NCBI GenBank assembly: GCA_902584215.1
Contig: CACHYW010000002.1
Coordinates: 11,506-75,505 of the forward strand
Reading direction: 5' to 3'
Length of the DNA stretch: 64,000 bases
DNA from: an uncultured Pelagibacteraceae bacterium
Lineage (GTDB): Bacteria; Pseudomonadota; Alphaproteobacteria; Pelagibacterales; AG-422-B15
A model generated the notes under the pieces. It saw nothing but the letters and a program-made list of their open reading frames with translations, had not been told where the DNA came from and did not search any database. Below, piece by piece: positions 9,594 through 18,987 of this stretch (position 1 is the stretch's first letter; each line of letters starts with the position of its first letter). Both the position numbers and the translations under genes were made by a program.

Positions 9594-10295
9594 TTGGTGA
9601 AAAACTTTGAAAATCAAATTCTTATAATAGCCGATCACGCATCTAACTTTATTCCTAGAGAAAATAATAAACTAGGTCTGTCAAATTCTTTTTTAAATCA
9701 TCATATTGCATTCGATATTGGAGTAAAGGAACTAAGTATGGATTTATCAAATCGATTAAAATGCAAAATCATTCAAGGTAAATATTCAAGACTACTTATT
9801 GATCTTAACAGAGATTTAGATGATCCGACTGCCATTCCAGTAATAGTAGATAGAAAAATAATTCCTGGGAATATTGGAATCACTAAACGTGAAATAAGTC
9901 TAAGAGTTAAGAAAATTTATAATAAATATCATGATGAAATAGATCAAACTATAAGAAAAAAAAAAGTTAAAGTTATTTTATCTATTCATTCTTTTAATCC
10001 AATATTTAAAAATAAAAAAAGATATTTAGAGCTTGGAATCCTGTCAAATGAAGATAAACGTTTAAGTAGTATAATTATTGATCAACTTAGATTGCAGAAA
10101 ATAAATGTTGGAGACAATAAGCCTTATAAAGGAAATTTAATTGGCGATAGTATGTATAGGCATGGTCTAAGAAATAATCTTCCCCATGTTTTAATTGAAG
10201 TCAGAAATGATTTACTTTCAAATACAAGTAAGATAAAAAGGATTTCAAGACTTTTACACAAAACAATTGCTAAATCTTTAAAAAAACTTGCTTAA
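9594..10295 (+). CDS. N-formylglutamate amidohydrolase (FGase) family protein
   Basis: ADHASNFIP...YSRLLIDLNR...SIHSF blocks are typical of the FGase family. Confidence 0.6.
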   Translation: MVKNFENQILIIADHASNFIPRENNKLGLSNSFLNHHIAFDIGVKELSMDLSNRLKCKIIQGKYSRLLIDLNRDLDDPTAIPVIVDRKIIPGNIGITKREISLRVKKIYNKYHDEIDQTIRKKKVKVILSIHSFNPIFKNKKRYLELGILSNEDKRLSSIIIDQLRLQKINVGDNKPYKGNLIGDSMYRHGLRNNLPHVLIEVRNDLLSNTSKIKRISRLLHKTIAKSLKKLA

Positions 10296-11197
10296 TGAAT
10301 ATAAATACACCTCAGTGGTTTAGAGACTCAACTGCAAATATACCAGAAATATGTTCTGTTAAAGTTAAGGGCACTAAAATAGTTTATAACACTTGGGGTG
10401 ATCAAAAAAATCCTGGGTTAATATTTGTTCACGGTGGAATGGCACATGCTGAATGGTGGAATTTTATTGGACCGTATTTCGCAAAAACACATAGAGTAAT
10501 TGCCATGAATTTAGGGGGCATGGGTGAGAGCGATTGGAAAAAAAAGTATTCGATTGAGTCATGGGGAGATGAAATAGTAGGTGTTTGCAAAAAAGAGAAA
10601 CTTAAGAAGCCAATTTTAGTTGGTCACAGTTTAGGAGGAATGTGCAGTGTAATTGCTGCTTCATCTATGAAAAAAACTCTTTACGGCCTTGTCATAGTTG
10701 ATACTGCGATAATGCCTCCTTCAGAAAAGCCACCTAAATTTGACTTAAAAATAAGAGCTAATAAAATTTACAAAAAAAAATCAGATATAAGAAAAAGGTT
10801 TAGACTTGTCCCGTCACAAAGTGATGCACTTGATTACGTAATGGATTATATTGCAGAAAAATCTATTAAAAAAGTTCGAGGTGGATGGACATGGAAGTTT
10901 GATCCAAACTACATGAAAATTTTTAATAGTGATAGTTTTGCTGAAAGGCAAGCAATGTATCGCAATAAGCTTAAGGGTTTAAAGTGTAGAGTTGCGATAT
11001 TTAGAGGTGAGAAGTCACTTCTTTTTCCAGGTCGAAGTGCAAAATATATGCACGAGCTCATGGACAAAAAATCTCCAATAATAAATATTCCGGAAGCCCA
11101 CCATCATATTATGGTAGACCAACCTTTAGCATTAGTAGCAGCCTTAAGATCTCTCGTCATAGACTGGGATCATTCAACGCCATCTAAAGCATTGTAA
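10295..11197 (+). CDS. Alpha/beta-fold hydrolase
   Basis: Nucleophile elbow GHSLGG, HGG oxyanion region, C-terminal His in EAHHHIM. The start overlaps the upstream stop by 1 nt. Confidence 0.7.
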   Translation: MNINTPQWFRDSTANIPEICSVKVKGTKIVYNTWGDQKNPGLIFVHGGMAHAEWWNFIGPYFAKTHRVIAMNLGGMGESDWKKKYSIESWGDEIVGVCKKEKLKKPILVGHSLGGMCSVIAASSMKKTLYGLVIVDTAIMPPSEKPPKFDLKIRANKIYKKKSDIRKRFRLVPSQSDALDYVMDYIAEKSIKKVRGGWTWKFDPNYMKIFNSDSFAERQAMYRNKLKGLKCRVAIFRGEKSLLFPGRSAKYMHELMDKKSPIINIPEAHHHIMVDQPLALVAALRSLVIDWDHSTPSKAL

Positions 11198-11286
11198 AAA
11201 TTAAATAAAATAAATTTTTATACTAAAAGTTATATAAAAATAATGCTGTTAAATTACAAATTAAGAAATATATTACTTTGAATAAT

Positions 11287-11397
11287 ATGGACATTTCAGA
11301 ACAAAAAAAAACCTACTCATTTTTTGGAAAGTTGATTGTTTGGGGATCTGTGGGGGTGGTTTTAGTCCTAGTATTTATGGCAATCTTCTTATTATAA
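11287..11397 (+). CDS. Small single-TM protein resembling bacterial aa3-type cytochrome oxidase subunit IV family (COX4_pro_2-like)
   Basis: 36-aa ORF MDISEQKKTYSFFGKLIVWGSVGVVLVLVFMAIFLL. The Q-K-T-(F/Y)-x-x-F...W pattern and the position just upstream of pntA match what I recall for alphaproteobacteria. Confidence 0.45.
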   Translation: MDISEQKKTYSFFGKLIVWGSVGVVLVLVFMAIFLL

Positions 11398-11409
11398 ATT
11401 CTATTCACT

Positions 11410-12532
11410 ATGCAAGTTTATATCCCTAAAGAAAGCAATTCTGACTCTAGAGTGGCAGCCTCTCCAGATACTGTCAAGAAAATGAAGGACTGGGGTCTTA
11501 ATGTAGTAATACAGGACAATGCTGGATTAAACTCAAATTTTTCTAATGAAGAATATATTAAAAGTGGAGCAACAATATCGAATGAAATTACTGATATAAG
11601 TAAATCTGATATGATACTTAAGATTAATAAACCAAATGACGATGAGATTGCACTTATGAGTGAGGGGTCAGTGCTAATTGCATCGCTCGATCCATATAAT
11701 AATATTGAAACACTAAATAAGTTAAAAGACAAAGGCGTAACATCTTTTGCAATGGAATTAATGCCTAGAATAACTAGAGCTCAATCTATGGATATTTTGT
11801 CGTCACAATCAAATTTAGCAGGATATAAAGCCGTCATTGATGCTACTTATCTTTTTAATAAAGCAATGCCCATGATGATGACAGCAGCGGGAACTATAGC
11901 CCCTGCCAAAGTCATGGTATTTGGGGCTGGTGTTGCAGGACTGCAAGCTATTGCAACTGCAAAAAAGATTAGGAGCAATTGTTTCAGCAACTGATGTAAG
12001 AACGGCTGCAAAAGAGCAGGTTGAAAGCTTAGGTGGTAAATTTGTAATGGTTGAAGATGATGAAACTCAAGATGCTGAAACATCTGGAGGATATGCAAAA
12101 GAAATGAGTGAAGAATTCAAGTTAAAGCAGGCAAATCTAATTTCTGAAACTTTATCAACTCAAGATATTGCAATATGCACAGCTTTGATACCAGGCAAGA
12201 AAGCTCCATTATTAATTACAAAAGAGCAAGTTAATTCTATGAAGCCAGGATCAATAATTATTGATTTAGCATCAGAAAGTGGGGGCAACTGTGAATGCTC
12301 AGCCGCTGGTGAAACAAATAATATAAATGGGGTAACAGTCGTAGGAGTAAAAAATATTACTTCTACTATTTCTCAAGATGCTTCATCCCTTTTTTCTAAA
12401 AATGTTTTAAATTTTTTAGATTTATTGATTGATAGTGAGACAAAGGAATTGAGTATTGATTGGGAAGATGAGATTGTAAAAGGCATTCTTGTCACTAAGA
12501 ATAAAGAAATAACTAATGAGGAGTTTATATAA
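11410..12532 (+). pseudogene. pntAA: NAD(P) transhydrogenase alpha subunit part 1 (PntAA), interrupted by a 1-nt insertion in an A6 run; may be a sequencing artefact
   Basis: ORFs 11410-11994 (frame 1) and 11921-12532 (frame 2) together give a colinear PntAA. The ...GLQAIATAK / [12 protein letters not shown]... junction is restored by removing one A from 11961-11966. Confidence 0.85.
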
Positions 12533-12855
12533 TGGAATTAGTTGATCCAAATATTTTTAGATTAACAATATTTGTTTTATCTATTTTTATTGGGTATTAC
12601 GTTGTATGGAGCGTTACACCTGCCTTACACACGCCTTTGATGGCAGTCACTAATGCAATATCTTCAGTTATAATTGTTGGCGGCTTGTTTGCTTTAGTTC
12701 TGAGTAGCGATCTATCACTTTTAGGAAATCTTTCTAAAGGATTTGGCTTTCTTGCAGTGCTTTTAGCTGCTGTAAATATATTTGGTGGGTTTCTAGTAAC
12801 ACAGAGAATGCTTGCAATGTATAAGAAAAAACCAAAAAAAGAGGATAAAGAATAA
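12532..12855 (+). CDS. pntAB: NAD(P) transhydrogenase alpha subunit part 2 (membrane)
   Basis: 107 aa, multi-TM, located between pntAA and pntB; 1-nt overlap with pntAA. Confidence 0.85.
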   Translation: MELVDPNIFRLTIFVLSIFIGYYVVWSVTPALHTPLMAVTNAISSVIIVGGLFALVLSSDLSLLGNLSKGFGFLAVLLAAVNIFGGFLVTQRMLAMYKKKPKKEDKE

Positions 12856-14256
12856 ATGCTTACAAATCTAGTCGCCATTGCGTACGTGGTATCTGGTGTA
12901 TTTTTTATTATTGCTTTAAGAGGACTCTCATCTCCAGAAAGTTCCAGAAGAGGAAATATTTTTGGTATCTTAGGAATGGTAATTGCTATTTTAGCAACTT
13001 TGTTCTCGGTTAATTTTTTTAATTCGGATATTCAAACGATTGTATTTGTTATAGTTGCAATTGCTATTGGTGGAATAGTAGGTGCTATTATTGCGAAAAG
13101 AATTGCTATGACAGACATGCCACAGTTAGTTGCAGGTTTCCATAGCCTTGTTGGTTTAGCTGCAGTATTTGTTGCCTTAGCTGCATTTTACGCACCTGAA
13201 GCATTTAAAATTGGGACCTTGGGAAATATAAAAACTCTAAGTTTAGTTGAAATGTCTTTAGGGGCAGTGATAGGCGCAATCACTTTTTCTGGATCTGTGA
13301 TTGCGTTTGGTAAACTTCAAGGAATAATGTCTGGTTCTCCGATAGTATTTAGAGGTCAACATATGCTCAATTTACTTATTGGGATTATAATCATTGCTGG
13401 CATTGTATATTTTTGCTTCAATCAAGACCAAAAGATATATTTAACAATTATCGCACTATCATTTTTAATAGGTTTTCTTATTATTATTCCGATTGGTGGA
13501 GCAGATATGCCAGTGGTTGTATCAATGCTTAACTCATATTCAGGATGGGCTGCAGCAGGCATTGGGTTTACACTTGGAAATACTGCACTAATAATTACTG
13601 GCGCGTTAGTTGGATCATCTGGTGCCATACTCTCATATATAATGTGTGCAGCAATGAATAGATCGTTTATTAGTGTAATATTAGGTGGTTTTGGGGGTGA
13701 TGATATTGCAGTTAATAAAGATGTAGAGCAACGACCTGTAAAAGAGGGCGGCTTTGATGACGCAGCATTTATAATGAAAAATGCTGGATCTGTGATTATC
13801 GTACCGGGCTATGGAATGGCAGTAGCTCAAGCTCAGCACGTATTAAAAGAGATGACTGATGCCTTGAAAAAAAATGGAGTTAAAGTAACTTTTGCAATTC
13901 ATCCAGTTGCAGGAAGAATGCCTGGCCATATGAATGTTTTGTTAGCAGAGGCCAATGTACCATATGATGATGTTTTTGAATTGGAAGATATCAATTCAGA
14001 ATTTTCTCAAGCAGATGTAGCATTTGTTATAGGAGCGAATGACGTAACTAATCCTATAGCTAAAACTGATCCTTCGTCACCAATTTATGGAATGCCAATA
14101 CTTGATGTAGAAAATGCAAATACAGTTTTATTTGTTAAGAGGGGTAGAGGCTTAGGTTATGCCGGGGTAGATAATGAGTTATTTTACAGAGACAATACCA
14201 TGATGCTTTTTTCTGATGCTAAAAAAATGGTTGAGGGTATCGTTAAGGCTTTATAG
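12856..14256 (+). CDS. pntB: NAD(P) transhydrogenase beta subunit
   Basis: N-terminal membrane domain plus C-terminal NADP(H) domain (VPGYGMAVAQAQH, AGRMPGHMNVLLAEA). Confidence 0.9.
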   Translation: MLTNLVAIAYVVSGVFFIIALRGLSSPESSRRGNIFGILGMVIAILATLFSVNFFNSDIQTIVFVIVAIAIGGIVGAIIAKRIAMTDMPQLVAGFHSLVGLAAVFVALAAFYAPEAFKIGTLGNIKTLSLVEMSLGAVIGAITFSGSVIAFGKLQGIMSGSPIVFRGQHMLNLLIGIIIIAGIVYFCFNQDQKIYLTIIALSFLIGFLIIIPIGGADMPVVVSMLNSYSGWAAAGIGFTLGNTALIITGALVGSSGAILSYIMCAAMNRSFISVILGGFGGDDIAVNKDVEQRPVKEGGFDDAAFIMKNAGSVIIVPGYGMAVAQAQHVLKEMTDALKKNGVKVTFAIHPVAGRMPGHMNVLLAEANVPYDDVFELEDINSEFSQADVAFVIGANDVTNPIAKTDPSSPIYGMPILDVENANTVLFVKRGRGLGYAGVDNELFYRDNTMMLFSDAKKMVEGIVKAL

Positions 14257-14262
14257 CTATTC

Positions 14263-14460
14263 CTAGCTGTATAATTTTCTTCTTGCCATTTTTCGAGAAC
14301 GACGAATATTTTCTGCTTTTTCCCGTAATTTTTTCTGACTAGGCTTTTCGAAGTAAGTTCTCATTTTCATTTCTTTAAAAATACCTTCTCTTTGCATTTT
14401 TTTCTTGAGGATACGTAAAGCTCCTTCAACATTGTTATCTTTTACACTTACTTCAACTAT
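14263..14460 (-). CDS. rpsU: 30S ribosomal protein S21, with ATA at the initiator position
   Basis: Minus-strand translation [73 protein letters not shown] lies 7 nt upstream of ATA. There is no in-frame ATG/GTG/TTG, so it is absent from the ORF track. Confidence 0.8.
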   Translation of the reverse strand: MVEVSVKDNNVEGALRILKKKMQREGIFKEMKMRTYFEKPSQKKLREKAENIRRSRKMARRKLYS

Positions 14461-14547
14461 GGTACTGCCCTCCTTTAGAGCACATAAAATTTGTGGATTT
14501 CTACCATCTTGGAATTCCTTTGTCTAGCCAAATAAAATTATATTCAA

Positions 14548-15621
14548 TTATGAGATAAAATTAATGTGACCCATTTTTCGGCCACCTTTTACGATCTTTT
14601 TGCCATAGTCATACTTAATATTTTTTTTGAAGTCTTTATACTTCCTCATAGATTTTATACTTTCTACTCTTTTTATTTCATTGCCTATAAGATTTCTCAT
14701 AAGCCCTTTTTTAAGTATTTTGGGTTTAAGAATTTTTTTTCCTGTAATGGCTTTTATATGCAACTCAAATTGACTTATGTTTGCATTATCAAGTGTTATA
14801 TGCCCAGAATTATGAACCCTTGGAGCAATTTCATTAACATAAATAGTATTTTCTTTATCAATGAAAAATTCAATCGTTAATAATCCAATATAATTAAGCT
14901 TTGTAATAATTTTTTTTGATATTTTTAATAATTTACCTTCAATTTCTGCATCAATACTACTAGGTGATTTTGTCTCAAAAAGTATATGGTTTTTGTGTAC
15001 ATTAGTGAATGTTGGATAGAAATAAGAATTTCGTTTAATGTCTCTTGCGCATATAACTGAAACTTCTTTTTTAAGATTAATTTTCCTTTCTATAATACAG
15101 TCCTGATATCCATTCTCTTTCCATTGTCTTTCTAAATTTTTAGTATTTTTTACTAATGCTTGTCCTTTACCATCATAGCCAAATCTAGTTGTTTTTAATA
15201 TTACAGGATACTGAATTGAAGTTTTTAGTCTTTTCAAACTATTTTTATTATTTAGAAGACCAATTCCTGCGTGGTTAATTTTATTTTTTGAGAAGAATTG
15301 TTTCTCTTTTTTTCTATCCTGACTAATAGTTAGTGCAGAAATAGGTGGGTATATTTTCTTTCCCTTTAATTTGTTTAGAGCTTTAGTTGATACATTTTCA
15401 AATTCGTAGGTTATAAGATCTACTTCACTACTAAAAATTTTTAAACTTTCAACATCTTCAAAAGAACCGTAGAACATTTTGTCAGCATATTTTTCTGCAG
15501 GAACTCTTTTGCTGTCTGAGTAAACGAATACTGTAAGTCCTAATTTATTACATGAATGAGCTAAGAACATGCCCAGCTGTCCACCACCAATGATGCCAAC
15601 TGTGGAAACTTTTAAACTCAT
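14548..15621 (-). CDS. purK: N5-carboxyaminoimidazole ribonucleotide synthase
   Basis: ATP-grasp protein, 357 aa, GGGQLG N-terminus; overlaps purE by 4 nt. Confidence 0.9.
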   Translation of the reverse strand: MSLKVSTVGIIGGGQLGMFLAHSCNKLGLTVFVYSDSKRVPAEKYADKMFYGSFEDVESLKIFSSEVDLITYEFENVSTKALNKLKGKKIYPPISALTISQDRKKEKQFFSKNKINHAGIGLLNNKNSLKRLKTSIQYPVILKTTRFGYDGKGQALVKNTKNLERQWKENGYQDCIIERKINLKKEVSVICARDIKRNSYFYPTFTNVHKNHILFETKSPSSIDAEIEGKLLKISKKIITKLNYIGLLTIEFFIDKENTIYVNEIAPRVHNSGHITLDNANISQFELHIKAITGKKILKPKILKKGLMRNLIGNEIKRVESIKSMRKYKDFKKNIKYDYGKKIVKGGRKMGHINFIS

Positions 15622-16109
15622 TTTTTAGGCTTGATATTTACTGACCGGGTTTGCTTTAAACGCCAACTCTTATACTTGTTTTTAAGAATTTTATCTTCAC
15701 CACTTAATATTGAGATTGCTAATAAGGCAGCATTTTTTGCACCTGATTCACCCACAGCTAGCGATCCTACAGGAACACCTGCAGGCATTTGAGCAATTGA
15801 TAATAAGCTGTCCAATCCTTTTAATTTTTTAGATTCAACTGGAACACCCAGCACAGGCAAATTACTTATTGATGCTGTCATGCCAGGAAGATGAGCAGCT
15901 CCCCCAGCTCCTGCAATTATTACTTTTATACCTCTTTTGTCAGCTTCTTCAGCATATGTGAATAATCTTTTGGGAGTGCGGTGGGCTGAAATAATCTTTA
16001 CCTCATGTTTAATTTTAAAAGTAGTTAGAATTTTTGATGCATGTTTCATTGTTGACCAATCAGATTGGCTTCCCATTATTATGCTAACGAGTGGCAAACT
16101 TTTCATCAA
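15618..16109 (-). CDS. purE: N5-carboxyaminoimidazole ribonucleotide mutase
   Basis: IIMGSQSDW...SAHRTP...[10 protein letters not shown] motifs. Confidence 0.9.
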   Translation of the reverse strand: MMKSLPLVSIIMGSQSDWSTMKHASKILTTFKIKHEVKIISAHRTPKRLFTYAEEADKRGIKVIIAGAGGAAHLPGMTASISNLPVLGVPVESKKLKGLDSLLSIAQMPAGVPVGSLAVGESGAKNAALLAISILSGEDKILKNKYKSWRLKQTRSVNIKPKK

Positions 16110-16115
16110 TAAAAC

Positions 16116-16757
16116 TTATTCGTCTATAGTTGTATTTGTAGAGGAGATATTCCCTTCATTTTGAATATTCATTTCCTCTAATTTTAGCTTCTCTTCTTTT
16201 GCTTTTTTCTTTTCAGCACGCTTGATTGAGCGCTCAGCTTTTTCAAGAGCTTCATCTAATTCTATTTGCCTACATAGACCAAGGCCGATTGGGTCTTGAG
16301 GTCTGATGTTTGCCATATTCCAATGAGTTCTCTTTCTTATTCCGTCTATAGTATTTTTTGTACTTCCAACTAAACGAGCTACCTGAGAGTCTTTTAATTC
16401 AGGATGATTTCTAATCAACCAATAAACAGCATCTGGTCGATCTTGTCTTTTAGATAGGGGTGTATATTTCTTTTTTTTCTTTGATTGTTCTGTTTTTTCG
16501 GAGATTTCATTTTCAATGATTTGAAGCTCTTCTTCTTCGGATGCAACACATCTATCAATTTCTTCTTTAGTTAATTGGCCACTAGTAATCGGATTTAATC
16601 CTTTTATTCCTGCACCCACTTCGCCGTCAGCTATACCTTTAATTTCCAGTTCGTGCATGCCACAGAAATTTCCTATCTGCCTGAAAGAGAGGGAAGTGTT
16701 ATCTACAAGCCAAATTGCAGTAGCCTTTGGCATAAGTGGTAATTTTATTGTTTTCAT
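16116..16757 (-). CDS. DUF1013-family protein (alphaproteobacteria-specific)
   Basis: The LMPKATAIWLVDNTSLSFRQIGNFCGMHELEI N-terminus is characteristic of DUF1013; K/E-rich tail. Confidence 0.65.
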   Translation of the reverse strand: MKTIKLPLMPKATAIWLVDNTSLSFRQIGNFCGMHELEIKGIADGEVGAGIKGLNPITSGQLTKEEIDRCVASEEEELQIIENEISEKTEQSKKKKKYTPLSKRQDRPDAVYWLIRNHPELKDSQVARLVGSTKNTIDGIRKRTHWNMANIRPQDPIGLGLCRQIELDEALEKAERSIKRAEKKKAKEEKLKLEEMNIQNEGNISSTNTTIDE

Positions 16758-16809
16758 AATCTGTAATTAAAAAAATCCTTATATGTTAGTTTATCATTTT
16801 TTCAAAGCT

Positions 16810-17788
16810 TTACTCAAAATTTAGCAGTAATTTGCCAATATTTTTATTATTTTCCATGTATTGGTGTGCTTTTGAGACATCACTCATATCAAATTTTTTA
16901 TCAATATGAAGTTTAATATTGTTATTTTCTATCAAAGGCCAAATATTCTTTTTAAGATTTTCGGCTATTTCTGCCTTTTCTTTATTTGCCCTTGTTCTTA
17001 AAGTAGATCCCGAAATGATTAATCTCTTTAGCATAATAGGAAGAAGATTAGCTTCAATCTTTGAGCCCTGAAGATAAGCAATATTAATTAGTCTTCCAAA
17101 ACGATTCATTATATTTAGATTTTTTTTGGAAGTAATTTCCTCCTACCATATCAAGAATTACATCAATACCTTTATATTCGTTGAGAATTATTTTTTCAAA
17201 ATCATCAGTCTTATAATTAATTACTCGTTCTATATTTAGAGAATTTAAATAATTTTCTTTTTCATCAGATCCTACTGTAACAATGCATTTCACTCCAAAG
17301 GCTATTGCCATCGAAACAGCAGTTAAACCAATACCGCTAGCGCCACCGTGAATAAGCAGGGTTTCATCCCTTTTAAGTTTCGCAAGGTCAAATAAATTTG
17401 TCCATACTGTAAAAAAAGTTTCAGGGATAGTGCAAGCATCACTAAGCGAAATGCCTTTGGGAATAGGTAGTATTGTTGATTTATGACATTTCACATATTC
17501 CGCATATCCACCACCTGTTACTAGAGCACAAACATTTTTGTTTAGAAATTCTTTATCAATACCTTTACCGCAATCTACTATACATCCTGAAACCTCTAGT
17601 CCAAGTATCTCCGAAGCACCTCTAGGAGGTGGATATTGCCCCATGCGTTGCAATATGTCAGGTCTATTTATCCCTGCCGCATGAACTTTGATTAATACTT
17701 CTTCATCACTAACAACTGGTGTCTCTATGTTGTCAGATACATATAGGACTTCAGGGCCTCCAAATTTGTCAAAAGTAATTGCTTTCAT
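16810..17788 (-). pseudogene. qor: NADPH:quinone oxidoreductase (Zn-ADH/MDR family), interrupted by a 1-nt insertion in an A8 run; may be a sequencing artefact
   Basis: ORFs 17084-17788 and 16810-17109 are colinear with one ~325-aa QOR. Removing one A (T8 on plus, 17120-17127) gives ...DMVGGNYFQKNLNIMNRFGRLINIAYLQG... Confidence 0.8.
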
Positions 17789-17798
17789 AAAAATATAG

Positions 17799-17828
17799 AG
17801 GAGCTGCTAAGTATTATTAGCAGCTCCT
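17799..17828 (-). terminator. Hairpin downstream of the hsp20 gene
   Basis: GGAGCTGCTAA / TTAGCAGCTCC 11-bp stem located 9 nt after the hsp20 stop; the downstream T tract is only moderate. Confidence 0.4.
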
Positions 17829-17836
17829 TATTAAAA

Positions 17837-18265
17837 TTAATTAATTTTATTATTAATTTCTATTTTTCTTGGTTTTTGATGTTCTGGAATTTCCCTTTCA
17901 AGAAATACATGCAATAAACCATTCTCATAGTTTGCATCAGATACTTTGATAGTGTCAGCTAGTCGAAATTTTCTTTCAAAGCTTCTCCCAGCAATACCTT
18001 TATGCAAGAACTCAACGTTATTATCAGAGTCATTGGTCTTACCACTGATTATTAGCTCATTTTCTTGTACAGAAATGTCTAAGTCAGACATTGAAAAACC
18101 AGCTACTGCAAGTGTTATGGTGTAATTATTACCTGATTTCACAATATTGTAAGGCGGGTAAGCACTTCCAGTCTCATTCATATTAAAGACAGAGTCAAAA
18201 ATATTGTCAAATGCGTCAAAACCTACGCTTGAGCGTAGTAATGGCGATAAGTCAAATGTAGTCAT
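17837..18265 (-). CDS. ibpA: Small heat-shock protein (Hsp20/alpha-crystallin family)
   Basis: Alpha-crystallin domain with PPYNI...AVAGF...GLL.V; 142 aa. Confidence 0.85.
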   Translation of the reverse strand: MTTFDLSPLLRSSVGFDAFDNIFDSVFNMNETGSAYPPYNIVKSGNNYTITLAVAGFSMSDLDISVQENELIISGKTNDSDNNVEFLHKGIAGRSFERKFRLADTIKVSDANYENGLLHVFLEREIPEHQKPRKIEINNKIN

Positions 18266-18357
18266 AGTTTAATCCTCCTTAAGCGATTAAAAGTTTTAGC
18301 CTACTTAAATTAAGCTAGGCAATTTTTGCTGATGCATTATTGCCACCAACAAAACAC

Positions 18358-18385
18358 ATATTGTGATAATTATTTTGATTTCAAG
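18358..18385 (-). promoter_or_regulatory. Candidate sigma-32 (RpoH)-type promoter for hsp20
   Basis: Minus strand reads CTTGAAA-N13-CACAATAT, a partial match to CTTGAA-N13-17-CCCCATnT, about 90 nt upstream of the hsp20 ATG. Confidence 0.25.
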
Positions 18386-18394
18386 GTTCGAAGT

Positions 18395-18613
18395 TTAAGT
18401 TTTAAGATTGCTAAATCTCTTCTTAAATCTGCTTACTTGACCTTTATCTTGAATTTTTTGCTGCCCACCGGTCCATGCAGGATGAGATAAAGGATCTATA
18501 TCAAGAGACATTGTATCTCCTTCTTTTCCCCATGTGGACTTCGTTTCAAACTTCGTACCATCTGTCATTACAACGTTAATTGTATGATAATTTGGATGTT
18601 TATCTTTTTTCAT
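18395..18613 (-). CDS. rpmE: 50S ribosomal protein L31
   Basis: [20 protein letters not shown]...HPAWTG signature; 72 aa. Confidence 0.9.
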   Translation of the reverse strand: MKKDKHPNYHTINVVMTDGTKFETKSTWGKEGDTMSLDIDPLSHPAWTGGQQKIQDKGQVSRFKKRFSNLKT

Positions 18614-18684
18614 TTTATTTAGTTAATTTTGAGGTTAATTAACCTATATAATAATTCTGATCAATATTTATTTAGTGAATTTCT

Positions 18685-18987
18685 ATGAGAATAGTTAATG
18701 CAATGATGAAAAGGCTTAATATTATCAGTTTTTGGCAGTTTACGTTGATAATGGTAGTATTTGCAATCACGGGATCTTTATCACTTTATATAACAGTCGA
18801 GTTTTTTGAAATCATCGGCTTAAAAGAGGAAAACTTTAATCCAATTATATTTTGGCCAATTAGAATTATTCTTTTATTTTTTATATATCAAATATTATTA
18901 TTAGTAGTTGCCATTCCTTTTGGACAACTCCAATATTTTTGGAAATTTGAAAAGAAAATTTTAAATAGATTTGGTATAAAAATATAA
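18685..18987 (+). CDS. Hypothetical small membrane protein (2-3 TM)
   Basis: Hydrophobic segments only; no family recognised with certainty. Confidence 0.35.
   Translation: MRIVNAMMKRLNIISFWQFTLIMVVFAITGSLSLYITVEFFEIIGLKEENFNPIIFWPIRIILLFFIYQILLLVVAIPFGQLQYFWKFEKKILNRFGIKI

Noticed and set aside
11418-11732. Antisense or overlapping ORFs inside well-conserved genes. Examples: 11418-11732, 11847-12098, 12597-12878, 13422-13628, 20891-21319, 23113-23598, 24417-24911, 35506-35925, 38811-39131, 44935-45258 and 45722-45964.
   Set aside because: Each lies opposite or out of frame within a gene with clear family motifs. Their translations are low-complexity with no recognisable domains, so they are typical shadow ORFs.
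11959-11972. A_AAA_AAG slippery heptamer in pntAA as a programmed -1 frameshift site (dnaX-like).
   Set aside because: The downstream PntAA frame is +1, not -1. A -1 slip reads AAA AAA GAT TAG and terminates at once. I saw no stimulatory hairpin or internal SD.
18266-18350. ROSE-type RNA thermometer in the hsp20 5' leader.
   Set aside because: The leader can form two hairpins (GGCAAT/ATTGCC, and GCCTA-G-CTT/AAG-TAGGC with a bulged G). It contains no anti-SD (UCCU/CCUC) segment able to sequester the AAGGAGG ribosome-binding site.
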